Source of the DNA: Octopus vulgaris
Lineage: Eukaryota
Assembly: GCA_951406725.2 (NCBI GenBank)
Contig: OX597814.1
Span: 147,560,001 to 147,624,000 of the forward strand
Length of the DNA: 64,000 nt
Direction of reading: 5' to 3'
Position numbers and translations under genes: made by a program. This document shows, one piece after another, positions 12,346-27,098 of this stretch; the first letter of the stretch is position 1; each line of letters begins with the position of its first letter. The notes under the pieces were generated by a model. It saw only the letters and a program-made list of their open reading frames with translations. It was not told where the DNA came from and made no database searches.

Positions 12346-13156
12346 GTGAGTGTGTGCGTGTGCGTGTGTGTATGTGTGTGTGTGAGGCGAGATAAAAAAA
12401 CAAAAAATATATGTATGTGTTAGTGTGTGCGTCTGTGTGTAGGCGTGTGAGGTAGGGCGAGACGGTGGTCAGCATAGCAGCAGCATAGCAGACAAAGGTC
12501 AGTAGTAAGAAAAGGAAGGAAGGAGGAAGGGAGGGAGGGGAAGGGGTGGGGGCGTATGTAGCGTGCCAGCGTGTGTTGAGTAGTAGTGTGTGCATTCTTT
12601 GCCCTGTTTAGTTTACACATATATATAAATGTAAAAGAGGAAAAGAGTCACATATGCCATGATAAACCATATTCTCTGATTCTTTCTTTATAATCCTATT
12701 CTCTGCGTACATGTGTTTGTGCATGTATTAGCGTTTGCATGCTTGTGTGTGAGTGTGCTTGAGTATTTTCTTGTATGTACTACGGTTTCATATATCTATA
12801 CACATGATATATAAGTATGTAAGTATTTTCATCGGAAAGAAATTTTCTTTTACGTTAAAGCAAAGGGTTCATTTCCGTCCTGATTTTTCTTTTTACGTTT
12901 GTGTTTGTGTGTGTATGTGTTTGTGTGTGTGTGTTTGTGTGTGTGTGTTTGTGTGTGCATACTCACAATAGAAAACTGTAGCACAAAAGCTAAAGTAGGT
13001 ACTCAGAACAGTAAAATAAAAATTCTCTAAATATTAATTGACAACACTAAAAATATATTCTTATTCTAAAAGGAAACATAATCAAAACTCTGAGCACAAC
13101 AATTATATTTAACTCTCATCTCAAATCTGATGCCCTTCTGCCTGAAACAAAAATTT

Positions 13157-13370
<214 letters not shown>

Positions 13371-13525
13371 GCTGCAGCAGCTATTGTTTAGGTTAATACT
13401 TATAATCCCGCTCAAGCATCGTTTCTATAATTAAAACTTTCATGTACTTCCAATGAATTCCTTTCTCCTCAAGGGTCATCTAATATTCTCGGCTTTAAAC
13501 ACAAACGCACTTACACACAGTGTGA

Positions 13526-13572
<47 letters not shown>

Positions 13573-13585
13573 AATATGTATTTTC

Positions 13586-13635
<50 letters not shown>

Positions 13636-15020
13636 GTATATATATGTATATATATATGTACAAATATATATATATGTGTGCTTTTGTGTGTATGTATGCA
13701 TGTTTGTATGAATGATATATAAATGTACATACACATATACAATGTATGTGTTTGCTTGTGTGTGAAAGTGTAATTTCACGCACCTATCAATGTATGCATG
13801 TATATACGTATGTGTGTGTGTGTCTACGCACGCTTATATATTTATGTACGCATAACGTGTACGTATGCACGTAAACATGCATATTTGTGGAGAAGTATGT
13901 ATTTATATGTGTAAACGCATTTACACAACAACAATGGGTGATCTGAATAACACTTGAAGTGGCGGAAGTGGGCAAGACCAGAGGGAATAGATATGAAATT
14001 ACCACTCGAGACTACAACCTAGCCAGTAGTGCACAGCTGAAATTTCATCATAAAAGAAAATCTAACGTACTTGAATACTAATAATTTACAATAAATTGCA
14101 GTGAGTATAAATGAACGGATGTCTGTAAGAAGGGAGCATAGTCCTCGATTTTGGAAAACACTTATTTTAGGAATATTATCGAGAGAAATTTCCAAAAACT
14201 TGAAGATACTGAAATTTCTTACGGTGGAAGAATGCAGAAGTATTTTCATTTGTACTAAGAATAGTCGCATGATTCTTTCAAATGTTGGTCTTGTTTACCA
14301 TGAGAAATCATATTTCAGTAGGCTAACTGAAGGGATTTCTGCACATAAACCCCCATACCAGCACTACTTACGTCTATTATTGAAGCTAATGGTATTTATT
14401 GCCGTGCTGAATATATATCTTGGACAAATGAATCCCTGAGTCTCTCTTGTCACTGAATGTGACCATATTAGTCCTACAAAAAGCCGATCTAGTTAAAAAG
14501 GTGGGATCAATTATCGTAGGACGAAACTAACTTGCTTATGTTCACCTAGCCCAACGGTCATCAAGTAGGCATTGCTATACTCTATGCCCCAAGATCTGCA
14601 AAAATATTGCTGAATTGGAAATACATTATGGACAAAAGCACAAGTGTGCAAAAAATGTTGCTCATGACATTGACTAAATTATATACTATATAAATCTTGA
14701 AAGGTTGAAGGCCGTGTCGTGCAAGCAGGTCTTCTTAAGGCTTATTGTAAAAACGCATTAAAAAGATAATAAATCTACACACAGTTGCAAGAAGTGAGTG
14801 GCCATGCTCGATATATGAAAGTGTATGCGTGTGTATATATTTATATATATATGTGTGTGTATGTGAGTGTGTGTGTGTATGCGTGTCTGAGTACGCATAT
14901 ATATATATGTGTGTGTGTGTTTATATATATAAATATATGTGTATATATAAACATACATATTTATGCATATATACAGATTTGTATGTATGTATATATATTT
15001 ATATGTATATACTTATATAT

Positions 15021-15072
<52 letters not shown>

Positions 15073-15939
15073 GTGTAAATCAAAATGTCAAGGAATGGAG
15101 TAGATAAAATCCAGGCTATATATATTTCATATCAAGAGGAAATGCGGAAGTGATAAATATCCAAGCGAGGTGTATACCGTAGGCTAAGTTTATCTTGATA
15201 ATATGAAGTTTACTTTTTCGTAAGGAGTCCCATGTTAACACACGGAGGACTGCTTGGTAAAGGATTAGTTAAGCAAATCCTTAGAGAATAGGCAATAACC
15301 GATGTGACTTTTGTGTGTAAGAAATGTACCAAATTTTCACTTTTAAATTTACTCTTATAAACAGTAGACAGGATCAGGTTATGAGATATCCGCTCTGGAT
15401 AAAATATACGTTTAAATGATTTAAAGAAACATAACTTACAGTCTATAATAATTATACTAGTTAAAATAATGTTTGTAATAATTAATATTTATGCAAATAA
15501 TACTAATAAATAAAATTATAATGAAGACAGCAATGTTACTTGAGTTATAAACCCAAAATACGTGAAATATCATTGAATAAATAATGTGCTCCATACCTTA
15601 AAACGTAAACAAAACTGCTACAATTAACTGTAATATAGATACACATTTTAAAACTACGATTCAACTGTAATACCAGTAGAAGTAATTATAAGGCTAGGAA
15701 GCTTGTTTGAATTAGTTCATTTTGAAAAACGTCGTGATGGGTTTTTGTTGAAATTGCAGTGACCAGGATGCATAATTGCATACAGCGTAATGTGTCGTTG
15801 CTGCAGTAGAAACATATGTTGGTCATTGTTGTATAAGTTGTAGAAAACGTTTTAAGAAAAAATGTTTGGGATATGAATAAATCTCCACCTTCCTCTTGGT
15901 TTTCGATTATATATACATTTATATATACTTATATACTTA

Positions 15940-18900
15940 TAGACAGAACCAGGAAAAAACACCAAATAACGCCAACTTGAAATATGTATCCTCTGACCAA
16001 GTGGCAAACCAAACAAGTAACTCTTTTTTACTGACATACCTGGAAAATATGAAGGCCGACCTAAGCCAGGAGATCCAGCGAGCCATCACCAACCATCTAT
16101 GCAAATCACAAGGACCACTCACCCATTACCAACTTCCCTTACCTCGACATTCCTGTTAAATGTACGTGGCATCAACCCATCAATTATTGCCCAAAAATGG
16201 AAGATCCCATATATAGAGAGTTGGCTTGCCGAAATGGCACATTGCTTCCCTTTCTTTATCCTTACCGAGACTCACCTGAACAACACCCATATGGACGCAG
16301 AGGTGAAAATAAAAGATTTCACCATTGTTCGTGCGGATCGCACAGACCGAAATAAGGGAGGGACAGCCATCTTTATCCATGACTCCTTTTCACTTGATGC
16401 CAAGGACACATTTCCCAATGGCTACTGTGAATCGGTATCAGTATACAACAAAGCCAAGGACATAACCATTGTTGGTCTTTACAGGCCTCCCCAGGCACCT
16501 CTAGAGTACTTTGAAGAGTGCCTTAGCAAAGTCAAGTCCTTCCTTCGGAAGTACCACTCCGGAAACATAATAGTGATGGGTGATTTTAACCTCCCTCATG
16601 TGAACTGGCCCACAAATACTCCGAAGTTAGGCAAGTGCTCTACATCAGATAGGGCAGCAGCAGAACTGCTCTTTAATCTGATGGATGAGTATTTCCTGAC
16701 TCAGCTAGTGCTTGAACCAACGAGACAGAATAAAACGATCTTGGATCTGGTACTGACCAATCACTCTAGCTACGTTCACAGCATTTCAGTCGAAAAAACT
16801 CTCCTCTCAGACCACGACATGGTACTCTGCAATCTCAATTCCCGACGTATAAAAACCAAACCAGCCAATCCCACTCCATGGCACCCATTTGACAACATAA
16901 ATTTCCACAAAGCGGACTGGGGAACAATCAGAAAGGATCTGTCTTCCATCGACTGGTCTTTTACTCTCAATTCCCCTCATATTGAGACCGCGTGGCAGCA
17001 CTTTGAAACCATTGTCACCGACACATGCTCTAAACACGCTCCCAAGAAATCTACTAACACAAACAGAAACCGGCTCCCTAAAAAGAAAAAAACACTCATC
17101 AGGCGCATCAAAAGACTCAACAAAAAAATCAACCAATTAAAATATTCCCACACGCAACATCCACATTCAACAACAATGAAAAGACTAGAGCTGGAAAAAC
17201 TTCATCTGCAGACTAACATGAAAACCTCCATTGAAAATCAAAGAGCTGTGGAGGAACAATGGGTAATCAAAAACATCAAACAGAACCCAAAAGTGTTCTA
17301 TTCTTATGCAAATAAGCATAGAACCACTGTCTCACCTATTGGGCCATTGATTGATGAAAACGGCATTCCCCAACACGATGCTAAAGAAATGGCAGAAATA
17401 CTGCAGAAACAATATTGCTCTGTCTTCAGTGTTCCCACTGATATTGATGTGAGGGAAACGAACGAAGCTGACTCCCAACACAAAATCGCAGACATAACCT
17501 TCACTGCCACCGACATCGTAGCAGCAATAAATGAGGTCAAACATTACTCTGCTGTAGGCCCTGATAGATTTCCCGCCAGTCTCCTGAAGGAATGTAGATA
17601 TCAACTTACAGTCCCTCTGACCAACCTCTGGAGAAACTCGTTAGACGCAGGTTATATACCGAAAAAGTTTCTATCCCAGTCGGTCATCCCGGTTTTCAAA
17701 CAGGGAAACAGATCCCTCGCAGTCAACTATCGCCCAATCTCACTCACCTCCCACATCATTAAAGTGTTTGAAAGAGTGTTAAGATCAAGGATAGCTGACT
17801 TCCTGGAGACCCACAAACTCCTAAATTCAAATCAGCATGGCTTTCGCTGTGGCAGGGACTGTCTAATACAGCTCTTACACCACATTGAAGATGTACTCAA
17901 AGCCTTGGGAACAGGTTCGAACTCTGACGACATATACCTTGACTTCAGTAAAGCGTTCGACAGGGTAGACCATAACATCCTACTCTCAAAATTGGCAAAT
18001 GTTGGAATCCGTGGAAAAGTTCTACACTGGATTCAGTATTTCCTAGCGAATAGAACACAACATGTTGTAGTTGATGGAGTCCACTCAAACCCAGCAAAAG
18101 CCACCAGCGGTGTTCCCCAGGGAACTGTTTTGGGTCCGCTACTCTTCATAATTTATGTAAACGACCTTTCCAGTGTCGTACATCACTGCAAAGTGAAAAT
18201 ATTCGCTGATGACACTAAGCTCCAGCAAATCGTCAATGAAGAAGCAGACCGAACTCAACTCCAGTCTGACCTATATGCTGTGAGTCAATGGGCAGACAGA
18301 AACAAAATGCAACTGAACGAGGGAAAATTTGAGCTGATGCATTTTGGAAGAAATTCCTCACTAAAACAACCATACTCTCTTCCTTCAGGGGAACCGCTCA
18401 CAGCCTCTAACAATATCAGAGACCTGGGTATAATTGTTGATGACGATCTCAGTTGGAGTGCACATATCAACAAGAAGGTCGATACAGCTCGTAGGATGAG
18501 TTCCTGGATCTTAAGAACTTTCCGGTCCAGAGAACAAGGTGTCATCATACCACTTTTTTCATCCTTTGTACGGCCACACCTTGAATACTGCTGCCCACTG
18601 TGGTCTCCTCACACAAGACAAAACATCTCCAGAATTGAGTCACCCCAGAGGGCTCTCACTAAACAAATTGAAGGCATGGCTGCTCTCGACTATTGGGATC
18701 GCCTTAAAGCCTTGAAACTTTACTCCCTCCAGCGTCGCCGTGAGCGGTACATCATTTGTACGATGTGGAAAATATACCGCCAACTTTGCCCAAACGACCT
18801 AAACATTAGCTTCAAGGTTCATCCGAGACTTGGACCACGGGCTATGCGTCCCCTGCCAAATTCAAGATCACAACATACATGTACACTGCAACATAATTTC

Positions 18901-19214
18901 TTTTCCTCAACAGGCCCTGCCCTATTTAACATTGTCCCGAGGGAGATCAAAGAGGAAAAGGATCCCATCAACTTCAAACAGAGTCTGGATAGATTCCTTC
19001 AAAGAATACCAGATAAGCCACCCATAATTAGATACAACTCACCCAACAAGAACTCACTACTTGAACAAAACTGGATACAACTCACCCAACAAGAACTCAC
19101 TACTTGAACAAAACTTGACTTAAACAGGATTCGAATAATCCTATCAGGTGGTGCTATTAAGTTAGACATGGCCTGGACCAATCTCTGGTCGAAACATATC
19201 TAAGTTCTAAGTTT
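15940..19214 (+). mobile_element. CR1-group LINE, 5'-truncated within ORF1, with short (CTAAGTT)2 tail
   Basis: ORF1 tail ends at 16159 overlapping ORF2; 3' UTR hairpin gacca-atctc-tggtc followed by ctaagttctaagtt; abrupt composition change at both ends. Confidence 0.9.
16099..19107 (+). CDS. LINE ORF2: APE endonuclease plus reverse transcriptase (1002 aa, uninterrupted)
   Basis: APE motifs LNVRG, LTETHL, YRPP, GDFNLP, LDLVLT, SDH; RT motifs NYRPISLTS, QHGFR, YLDFSKAFD, GVPQGTVLGPLLF, FADD, RDLG; CR1-like VRPHLEYC..W.P and SLQRRR.R. Confidence 0.95.
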   Translation: MQITRTTHPLPTSLTSTFLLNVRGINPSIIAQKWKIPYIESWLAEMAHCFPFFILTETHLNNTHMDAEVKIKDFTIVRADRTDRNKGGTAIFIHDSFSLDAKDTFPNGYCESVSVYNKAKDITIVGLYRPPQAPLEYFEECLSKVKSFLRKYHSGNIIVMGDFNLPHVNWPTNTPKLGKCSTSDRAAAELLFNLMDEYFLTQLVLEPTRQNKTILDLVLTNHSSYVHSISVEKTLLSDHDMVLCNLNSRRIKTKPANPTPWHPFDNINFHKADWGTIRKDLSSIDWSFTLNSPHIETAWQHFETIVTDTCSKHAPKKSTNTNRNRLPKKKKTLIRRIKRLNKKINQLKYSHTQHPHSTTMKRLELEKLHLQTNMKTSIENQRAVEEQWVIKNIKQNPKVFYSYANKHRTTVSPIGPLIDENGIPQHDAKEMAEILQKQYCSVFSVPTDIDVRETNEADSQHKIADITFTATDIVAAINEVKHYSAVGPDRFPASLLKECRYQLTVPLTNLWRNSLDAGYIPKKFLSQSVIPVFKQGNRSLAVNYRPISLTSHIIKVFERVLRSRIADFLETHKLLNSNQHGFRCGRDCLIQLLHHIEDVLKALGTGSNSDDIYLDFSKAFDRVDHNILLSKLANVGIRGKVLHWIQYFLANRTQHVVVDGVHSNPAKATSGVPQGTVLGPLLFIIYVNDLSSVVHHCKVKIFADDTKLQQIVNEEADRTQLQSDLYAVSQWADRNKMQLNEGKFELMHFGRNSSLKQPYSLPSGEPLTASNNIRDLGIIVDDDLSWSAHINKKVDTARRMSSWILRTFRSREQGVIIPLFSSFVRPHLEYCCPLWSPHTRQNISRIESPQRALTKQIEGMAALDYWDRLKALKLYSLQRRRERYIICTMWKIYRQLCPNDLNISFKVHPRLGPRAMRPLPNSRSQHTCTLQHNFFSSTGPALFNIVPREIKEEKDPINFKQSLDRFLQRIPDKPPIIRYNSPNKNSLLEQNWIQLTQQELTT

Positions 19215-19374
19215 TATCTATATATTAGAGAATAATAAAAACTGCAAGTAGAAGTGTGTGAGAACAATCATTACTTTCTAGGTATTGCTGAAACAGAAAG
19301 TGCATATTAAAGGTGAGGCTGTCGGAGTGTGAAAATACTTGAAATCGTGAAATACCAAAGGAACCACTGAATAA

Positions 19375-19428
<54 letters not shown>

Positions 19429-22400
19429 GTGATTGTGAGATGGGAAATAAGACGGCGGTGAGACGGTGGGGGAAGAGAGACATGAGTTTAGCCATTAGAA
19501 TTAGGGCTATTACTACAAGTCATTATGTTTTGTTACAATAACACCTTTATGACAGCCCTATAGAGGAAGTAAAACAAGGTGTCTAGATCGTTGGTTCGTT
19601 ATTTTCCTAATTATATAATATAATTTTCCATTAGTTTGGCTGCATTCCAATGCAACATTAGAAATAGTAGTCAGTGTTAGAATCGTTAAAACGGCGGACA
19701 AAATGACTGGTCGAGTTTAGTTATATGCCTTTATTTTCTGAGTTCAAACTGAAGTATATTCGACCTTATTGTATTTCTTCCTTAAGTGTCATTGTTTAAA
19801 CACTATTCAAGTACTGTTATCGATCTAATAAACGGTTCATCCGTAAATCTTTTGCCATGTGCCTATGGTAAGGATCAATGTAATTGAGCACAATATTAAA
19901 GACCACGAGCAAATGGTTGAAAATTACTTTGTGAAATTTAGTTACATCCCTTTACGTTCTTATTTCAAGTACATCAAGTTCGACTTTCTACTTGAATGTA
20001 TGATCTCACTAAAATCGAATAAGAGCTAAAGTTGATTTAGACTTCTGTCTTTCTTCACAATTCGTGGCATTGCTCCTGTATATTAAGTCATTTCTATTAT
20101 AGAATACAAGAACAAACTGGTTTGGTGAAATGTCACTTTATCAAAAGTTTGTTGTTACTTTCGTATTATAGTTGTTTAACCCAACGTAAATCCTGATGAA
20201 TCCGAACTGTGATGAACACCTTTCCAGCCGTACCTCTAATATACTTCTCATTTATAGTGGAGACTTCATATTCAGTATATCGCTGTTTATTTTTATACTA
20301 TATGATGCGATTTGAGGGAGGTTACTTACTGTGGTGGAGCCTCATTGAAGTTCTTTTAATCAGAAGACTCAGTTCCTCTGGATATGTTACTACTCTTCAA
20401 AACTCGCATACAAACATATTTAAATTTAACATTGTTTCTATCGAGCAACTGAGATCGTTTCTTTGCAAAGGAAATTCGGGGAAAACAGTTTAGAAAGAAA
20501 ATATAATGAAATGCACTTTCCAATATGTCAAGGCATGTCAGTACATTCTTAAACGCTTGTAGTTTATTTAGCAGTGTTCATGCAATGGTGGTGTTGCTTT
20601 CTTCTATGTCTTTGTGTCTAAATATATTCAAAAGTTCTAAGGGTGTAATTCACAAAAATAAAACTAATTGGCATGCTCTTGTAAACAACATTTTAACGTG
20701 CACTTTTGTGCTGTTTGTAGAGTCGTCTAAATTTTGGCATGTTAACATCCCAAAATATATTTCTTGGTAACTGCATATCGATTTCATTTGCTTCTGAATT
20801 GATTTCAATATATTTCCAATATTTTTCTTAGCAACACTTTACTTCATGTGCAGATGTTGCTGACCTTTACTTACTTTCGGTTAAACAGCAGGAGAAATAT
20901 GAACCTGTTCGGGAGATAATTACTCCAATTCTTTTTAGGACGGGTCATAAATATGATGAGTAATGTTTTACTCTTAATATCGGCAGCATGTTAGTTCCAT
21001 ATTATAGCAGTTTGTTGTAGATATATTAATAGACAATACGATTACCATTGCATTAAGAATTGTGTATATATGCTTGTCGTAGAGTGAGTAATTAGGTTTT
21101 AAGTGAACATTAGTTTGGAGGCACATTCCTAAAGGACTAGTATAATTTCTAGTTCAATTTAAGCGTAAATTTAAGGTAATTTACCAGTACAAGAATCGAT
21201 CCAACTGCCACACAAATACTGAAAATCTAAATGCATATTTGCTACGAAGCATACATGCATATACACACGTAAATACATGAGTATGTATATGCATATACAT
21301 ACAAACACACACACATATACACACAGTCACGCACACATAGGTGTATGCGTTTGTATTTATATTTGTGTGTGTTTGCATTTATTCTTAAAAATAATCACTA
21401 CTATGCATGTTCAAATCTCATCTTTGCTAATAGGAATTTTATTATATTCCCAAATTGTTTGAAACAATAAAATTGCTAATCTTAACCTTCAAGTTCTATT
21501 TTCTATGTAAAGGGGTTTCTGTCGTTATTTCTGATTCATTGTTCCTGAATTCCTAATCCGATATCGGAGATTTTTTTTTATAATTTACTTTTGTTATCAA
21601 CCAAGCATTTCTGAACCTATTTTCTTTCTTATCATATGGAGCATGTTCTAATCCTCTTTGATGTGGAGGTATGATAAATTATGGTGATAATATGAATATA
21701 TATTTATCGAACAGAACAATTACAACCGTGAAGTATACAGCAGGATTGCGGATGAATTTGTGAGTGATAGTCGTCGAATGTGTGTGCGTGCGTCGGTCCG
21801 TGCGCACATGCGTGCGTGCTTGTATGTGTTCGTGTGTGCGTGTGCATGTGTCTGTGTGAGCGTAAGATAATGCGTGTATGTGTTCGTGTGTGTGTTTGTG
21901 GGTGTTTCAGTGCGCGTATATGTGCTTTTGGTGGCTCCCACCACTGCGGTTTGTTGATGTTGAAATGATTGTTAACGTATTTATTTTTCTAGTGCATTAT
22001 TATTAATATGCGTTGGTTGATCATATGTAATGCGCGATATGTTGCTTAATGATAGTTTCGAAGTGGCATTTTATTCATTTTATTGCGAGGTTATGTATTT
22101 AAATTTTTCAATGTTTTTGTTTTCCTGGGCGTTGCATCTGTCGTGTTTATTGTCTTAATTTTGTTTCTGTATTGTTTGCTAGTTTACTAAATTATTAGCA
22201 TATTCATTTATTGATTAGCATTGCGGTTGTTGAATTAATAGATTTTTGTAGTGATTTTAATGTTTTGTGTGACGAAGTAATAGTTAAAGTCTTTTCATGA
22301 AGCAGATATTATAAATACCATTTCATATTTATACGTGATAATCATTGCCTTCATGCTCCTATTAGCATGATTTAGTATTTGGTTGTATTTTTACATTTTT

Positions 22401-23168
22401 ATCATATATATAGCATTCTCAAGAAAAATTAGAAAATTGATCATGAAGCAGATATTCGTGTTAAAATGCAGCGAAATATCTTATTATACAAATAGTATAA
22501 GCTTAAGAACAAACATTCATGAAACACCACAGAAAATAATTTCTTGATTTTTGAAAAGAAATCTGACGACAAGCGTTAAATGAAAAAGTATATATTTCCT
22601 GTCCGGCTATAAGAAATCAGAATATGTCACCACTCCATTCCCATGATCCTGTCTAAATTTAGTCAGTAATGAGAAGTTCCACAAAATTACGTCATACACA
22701 AGTTTTTTGAAATACTGTTCAAGGATTGTTGAAAGACGAGGAATTCCTATTATTTTAAACAAAAGGCAAGTGACTAAGAGGAAACACGAAATACTATATA
22801 TCATCCGAAAAATATTTGATAGGTTAGTCGGAGTAATACTTTTTTAATGAAAATCTATTCCTTATAATGTTTTTGCATATAAGTAACTTATTTACATACT
22901 TTAGGTCAACAGTCTAAATGGATGAGATCAAACTTCTTTCACAGCAACAATATGGTTTCCTGTGCTATTATTCTGAATAATCTCATAGTCAATGTGTCAT
23001 TCTTCTTCATTTTATTCTTATTTTGCTATCATGTACATTAAATGATGCGTCATTACACTTAGTGGCAAAAAACCTCCCAGACGGTTTTCTGCTAGCATGT
23101 TACATTTGATTTTAAGAAACTGCTATGATACGCATACCTGCCAATATCTTGAAGTGAAACATATACAT

Positions 23169-23237
<69 letters not shown>

Positions 23238-24147
23238 AAATTAGAAAATGGAGAAACATACTTAAATCAATAAAACATCAACTATCAGATGATACCCAAT
23301 CAATACTTTATTACACCATTACATATCAGTAAAGGCATTATACAAAATATACAGTAAATGTAAATAGACAAAGAGATATAAGTATAAAATTTCAAATATA
23401 ATATAGATATATATATATATATGACTTGAAGGGAAAAGTTTCCAAGTAATTTGGATAAATAGTTATAGAATAAAAAATGTCAGAAATAGTCTCTCAAAGT
23501 AGCTAAAAAAAAGACCTTTGTAATCATAGTATATGAAAGCAATTGAATAAAGGCACCAGAGAAAAAGAGGAAGTGAGAATGAGAGAGTGAGTAATAGAGT
23601 GTATTTATTAGAAGGAAAGGAAGTGAAAGTAACTGAGTGTACAGAGAAAGACTACGGGTATTAAATGAAATCGCAAGGAAGGGTCACAAATTAATTTCTT
23701 GAGAAAGAAAAGAGATAATAAACCCCAACCACTAAAACCGCTCTCACCAGCACCGTCTCTCCATAACTTATACACAATCGTTAACTTTTATCACAATAGG
23801 GTTTTCGCTAAAAGATTTTATTTCTTTACCTCCTCTTTTCACTATCCCTCTTTCACACAATGGCCTATGAGAAACTAAAAAGAAAAATACAATTGTAGTT
23901 TTTGTGAAATTCATTTATGAAAAAAAAAAAAAATGTCGAAATGTAACCACTCGACTTCAGAAGTCGAGTGAGCATTGCGCCTCATTTATATCTTTTCATA
24001 TTTCCATTCGTTTTCTTAAATCTTTTCGTCTTAATTCATCTTCTTTTTGTATTTTAAGTTCCCCGAGTTTGTTTGTCTTGCTTTGTATTATCCCATTCTG
24101 TATATAGCCCCTTGTGGGTAATAAAAAAAATCACCTCTTTCACGTAT

Positions 24148-25434
24148 TTCTTCTTCTTCTTTTTCTTCTTCTTCTTCTTCTTCTTCTTCTTCTTCTTCTT
24201 CTTCTTCTTCTTCTTCTGCTTCTCCTTCTTTTTCTCCTCCTCCTCTTTCTTCATCTCCTTCTTCATCTTCTTCTTATTCTTATTCTCAATCTTCTTCTTC
24301 TTCTTCTTCTTCTTCTTCTTCTTCTTCTTCTTCTTCTCCTCCTTCTTTTTCTCCTCCACCTCCTTCTTCTTCTTTTCTTCTTCTTCTTCTTCTTCTTTTC
24401 CTGCTCCTCCTCCTTCTTCTTCTTCTTCTTTTCTTTCTTTTCTTTCTTTCTTTCTTCTCCTTCCTCTTTTTCTTCTTCTTCTTTTTCTTCTTCTTCTTCT
24501 TCTTCTCCTTCTTCATTTTCATTTTCTTCTTCTTCTTTTTCTTCTTCTTTTTCTTCTTCTTTTTCTTCTTCTTTTTCTTCTTTTCCATCTTCTTCTCCTT
24601 CTTTTTCTCATCCTCCTCCTTCTTCTTCTTCTTCTTCTTCTTCTTCTTCTTCTCCTTCTTTTTCTTCTCCTCCTCCTCCTCCTCCTTCTTCTTCTTCTTC
24701 TTCCCCTTCTTCTTCTTCTCCTTCTTTTTCTTCTCCTCCTCCTCCTTCTTCTTCTTCTTCTTCTTTTTCCCCTTCTTCTCCTTTTTCTTCTTCTTCTTCT
24801 CCTTCTCCTCCTTCTTCTACTTCTTCTTCTTTTTCTTCTTCTTCTTCTTCTTCTTCTTCTTCTTCTTCTTCTTCTCCTTCTTCATTTTCATTTTCTTCTT
24901 CTTCTTTTTCTTCTTCTTTTTCTTCTTCTTTTTCTTCTTCTTTTTCTTCTTTTCCATCTTCTTCTCCTTCTTTTTCTCATCCTCCTCCTTCTTCTTCTTC
25001 TTCTTCTTCTTCTTCTTCTCCTTCCACTTCTTCTTCTTCTTCTCCTTCTTCTTCTCCTTCTTCTCCTTCTTTTTCTTCTCCTCCTCCTCCTCCTTCTTCT
25101 TCTTCTTCTTCTTCCCCTTCTTCTTCTTCTCCTTCTTTTTCTTCTCCTCCTCCTCCTCCTCCTTCTTCTTCTTCTTCTTCTTCCCCTTCTTCTTCTTTTT
25201 CTTCTTCTTCTTCTCCTTCTCCTCCTTCTTCTACTCCTTCTTCCTCTTTTTCTTCTTCTTCTTCTTTTTCTTCTTCTTCTTCTTCTTCTTTTTCTTCTTC
25301 TTCTTCTTCTTCTTCTTCTTCTTCTTTTTTCATTTTCTTCTTCTTCTTCTTTTTCTTCTTCTTCTTCTTCTTCTTCTTCTTCTTCTTCTTCTTCTTCTTC
25401 TTCTTCTTCTTCTTCTTCTTCTTCTTCTTCTTCT
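24148..25434. repeat. 1.3-kb degenerate (TTC/CTC)n polypyrimidine tract with an internal ~370-bp duplication
   Basis: Marker cttcattttcattttc at 24511 and 24880, each followed by ttccatctt and ctcatcctcc. Confidence 0.9.
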
Positions 25435-26149
25435 ACCAGCATCAGCATCGGTATCATCATCATCATTCTCAATACCCCTTCAAATTCTCTACCAACCATT
25501 AGATATCTATTCTTTCCCTAGTCATATTATTGCTGTTGGTTTAGTTGGACCGCCATCGTTATATCATCGTCATGCCTTTGCAGTTTTAGTCATTTTGGTT
25601 GCAGCTGTTGTTTCCACAGTGATCGTCGTAAATGAAGCTATCTTTACCGTTGTTGTTTTAGTTGCGTCGCTAGTTGTCATCGTCGGAGCTGTTGATCTTC
25701 TTGTTGATCTTCTTTGTTGTTAACGATGTTTTGTCGTCTGCTACTTAACATCATTTTACCAATGATTTTGTTGCCGTTGTTAGTGATAAGCTTGTCATCT
25801 TCGAAGACGATGTTATTTTCCTTCTTGCCATCACTGTCGTCGTTGTTGAAAATGGCGTCATCGATGTAAATATTATCGTCGTCAATGGTTATTATTTTAT
25901 TATATTTAAGTATATTTTGTTTGTTGTTGTTATTACAGGCGCTAACGTTCTCTTCTAAACATCAATATAACAGTTGTAGTTTTAGTTGCTGTAGATACAT
26001 ATTTCTTGTAAAATGGACGCCACGGTGGAATTGATATGACAACTTGCCTTTCTTCCACCATTAACTGGTAGAATGACCAGCCTTTTGATATATGAGTATG
26101 TGTTCGTAGCTAAGCATAAGAAGCGGATATTTTGTAAAATGCTAGATGT

Positions 26150-26201
<52 letters not shown>

Positions 26202-26363
26202 TACATAAATATATACATATGTATATATGTATATCTATCTATCTATCTATATATATATATATATATATGCATATATACATATGTACATATGTATATATAT
26301 ATATATATATATCTACGTATATATATGTATACATATGTATATATCTATCTATCTATCTATCTA

Positions 26364-26394
<31 letters not shown>

Positions 26395-26400
26395 GTATAC

Positions 26401-26477
<77 letters not shown>

Positions 26478-26478
26478 C

Positions 26479-26913
<435 letters not shown>

Positions 26914-26943
26914 ATCTCTCTCTCTCCCTCTCTCTCCCTCTCC

Positions 26944-26975
<32 letters not shown>

Positions 26976-27050
26976 TGTTGTGTCTAGGTAGAGTCATTAT
27001 GCCAATATTATTGATACACCCACTGATTCAGTTTTACTCATTATTAAACG

Positions 27051-27098
<48 letters not shown>

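Noticed and set aside
19170-19200. gacca..tggtc-GAAAC as a hammerhead half
   Set aside because: No CUGANGA upstream and no NUH partner; better explained as the LINE 3' stem-loop.
20190-20235. CTGATGA as an HHR core
   Set aside because: No stem II or GAAA in register; lies in a decayed repeat.
24073-25521. 482-aa and 462-aa poly-L/S/F ORFs and their poly-E/K/R antisense ORFs
   Set aside because: Translations of a stop-free (TTC)n tract with no domain content.
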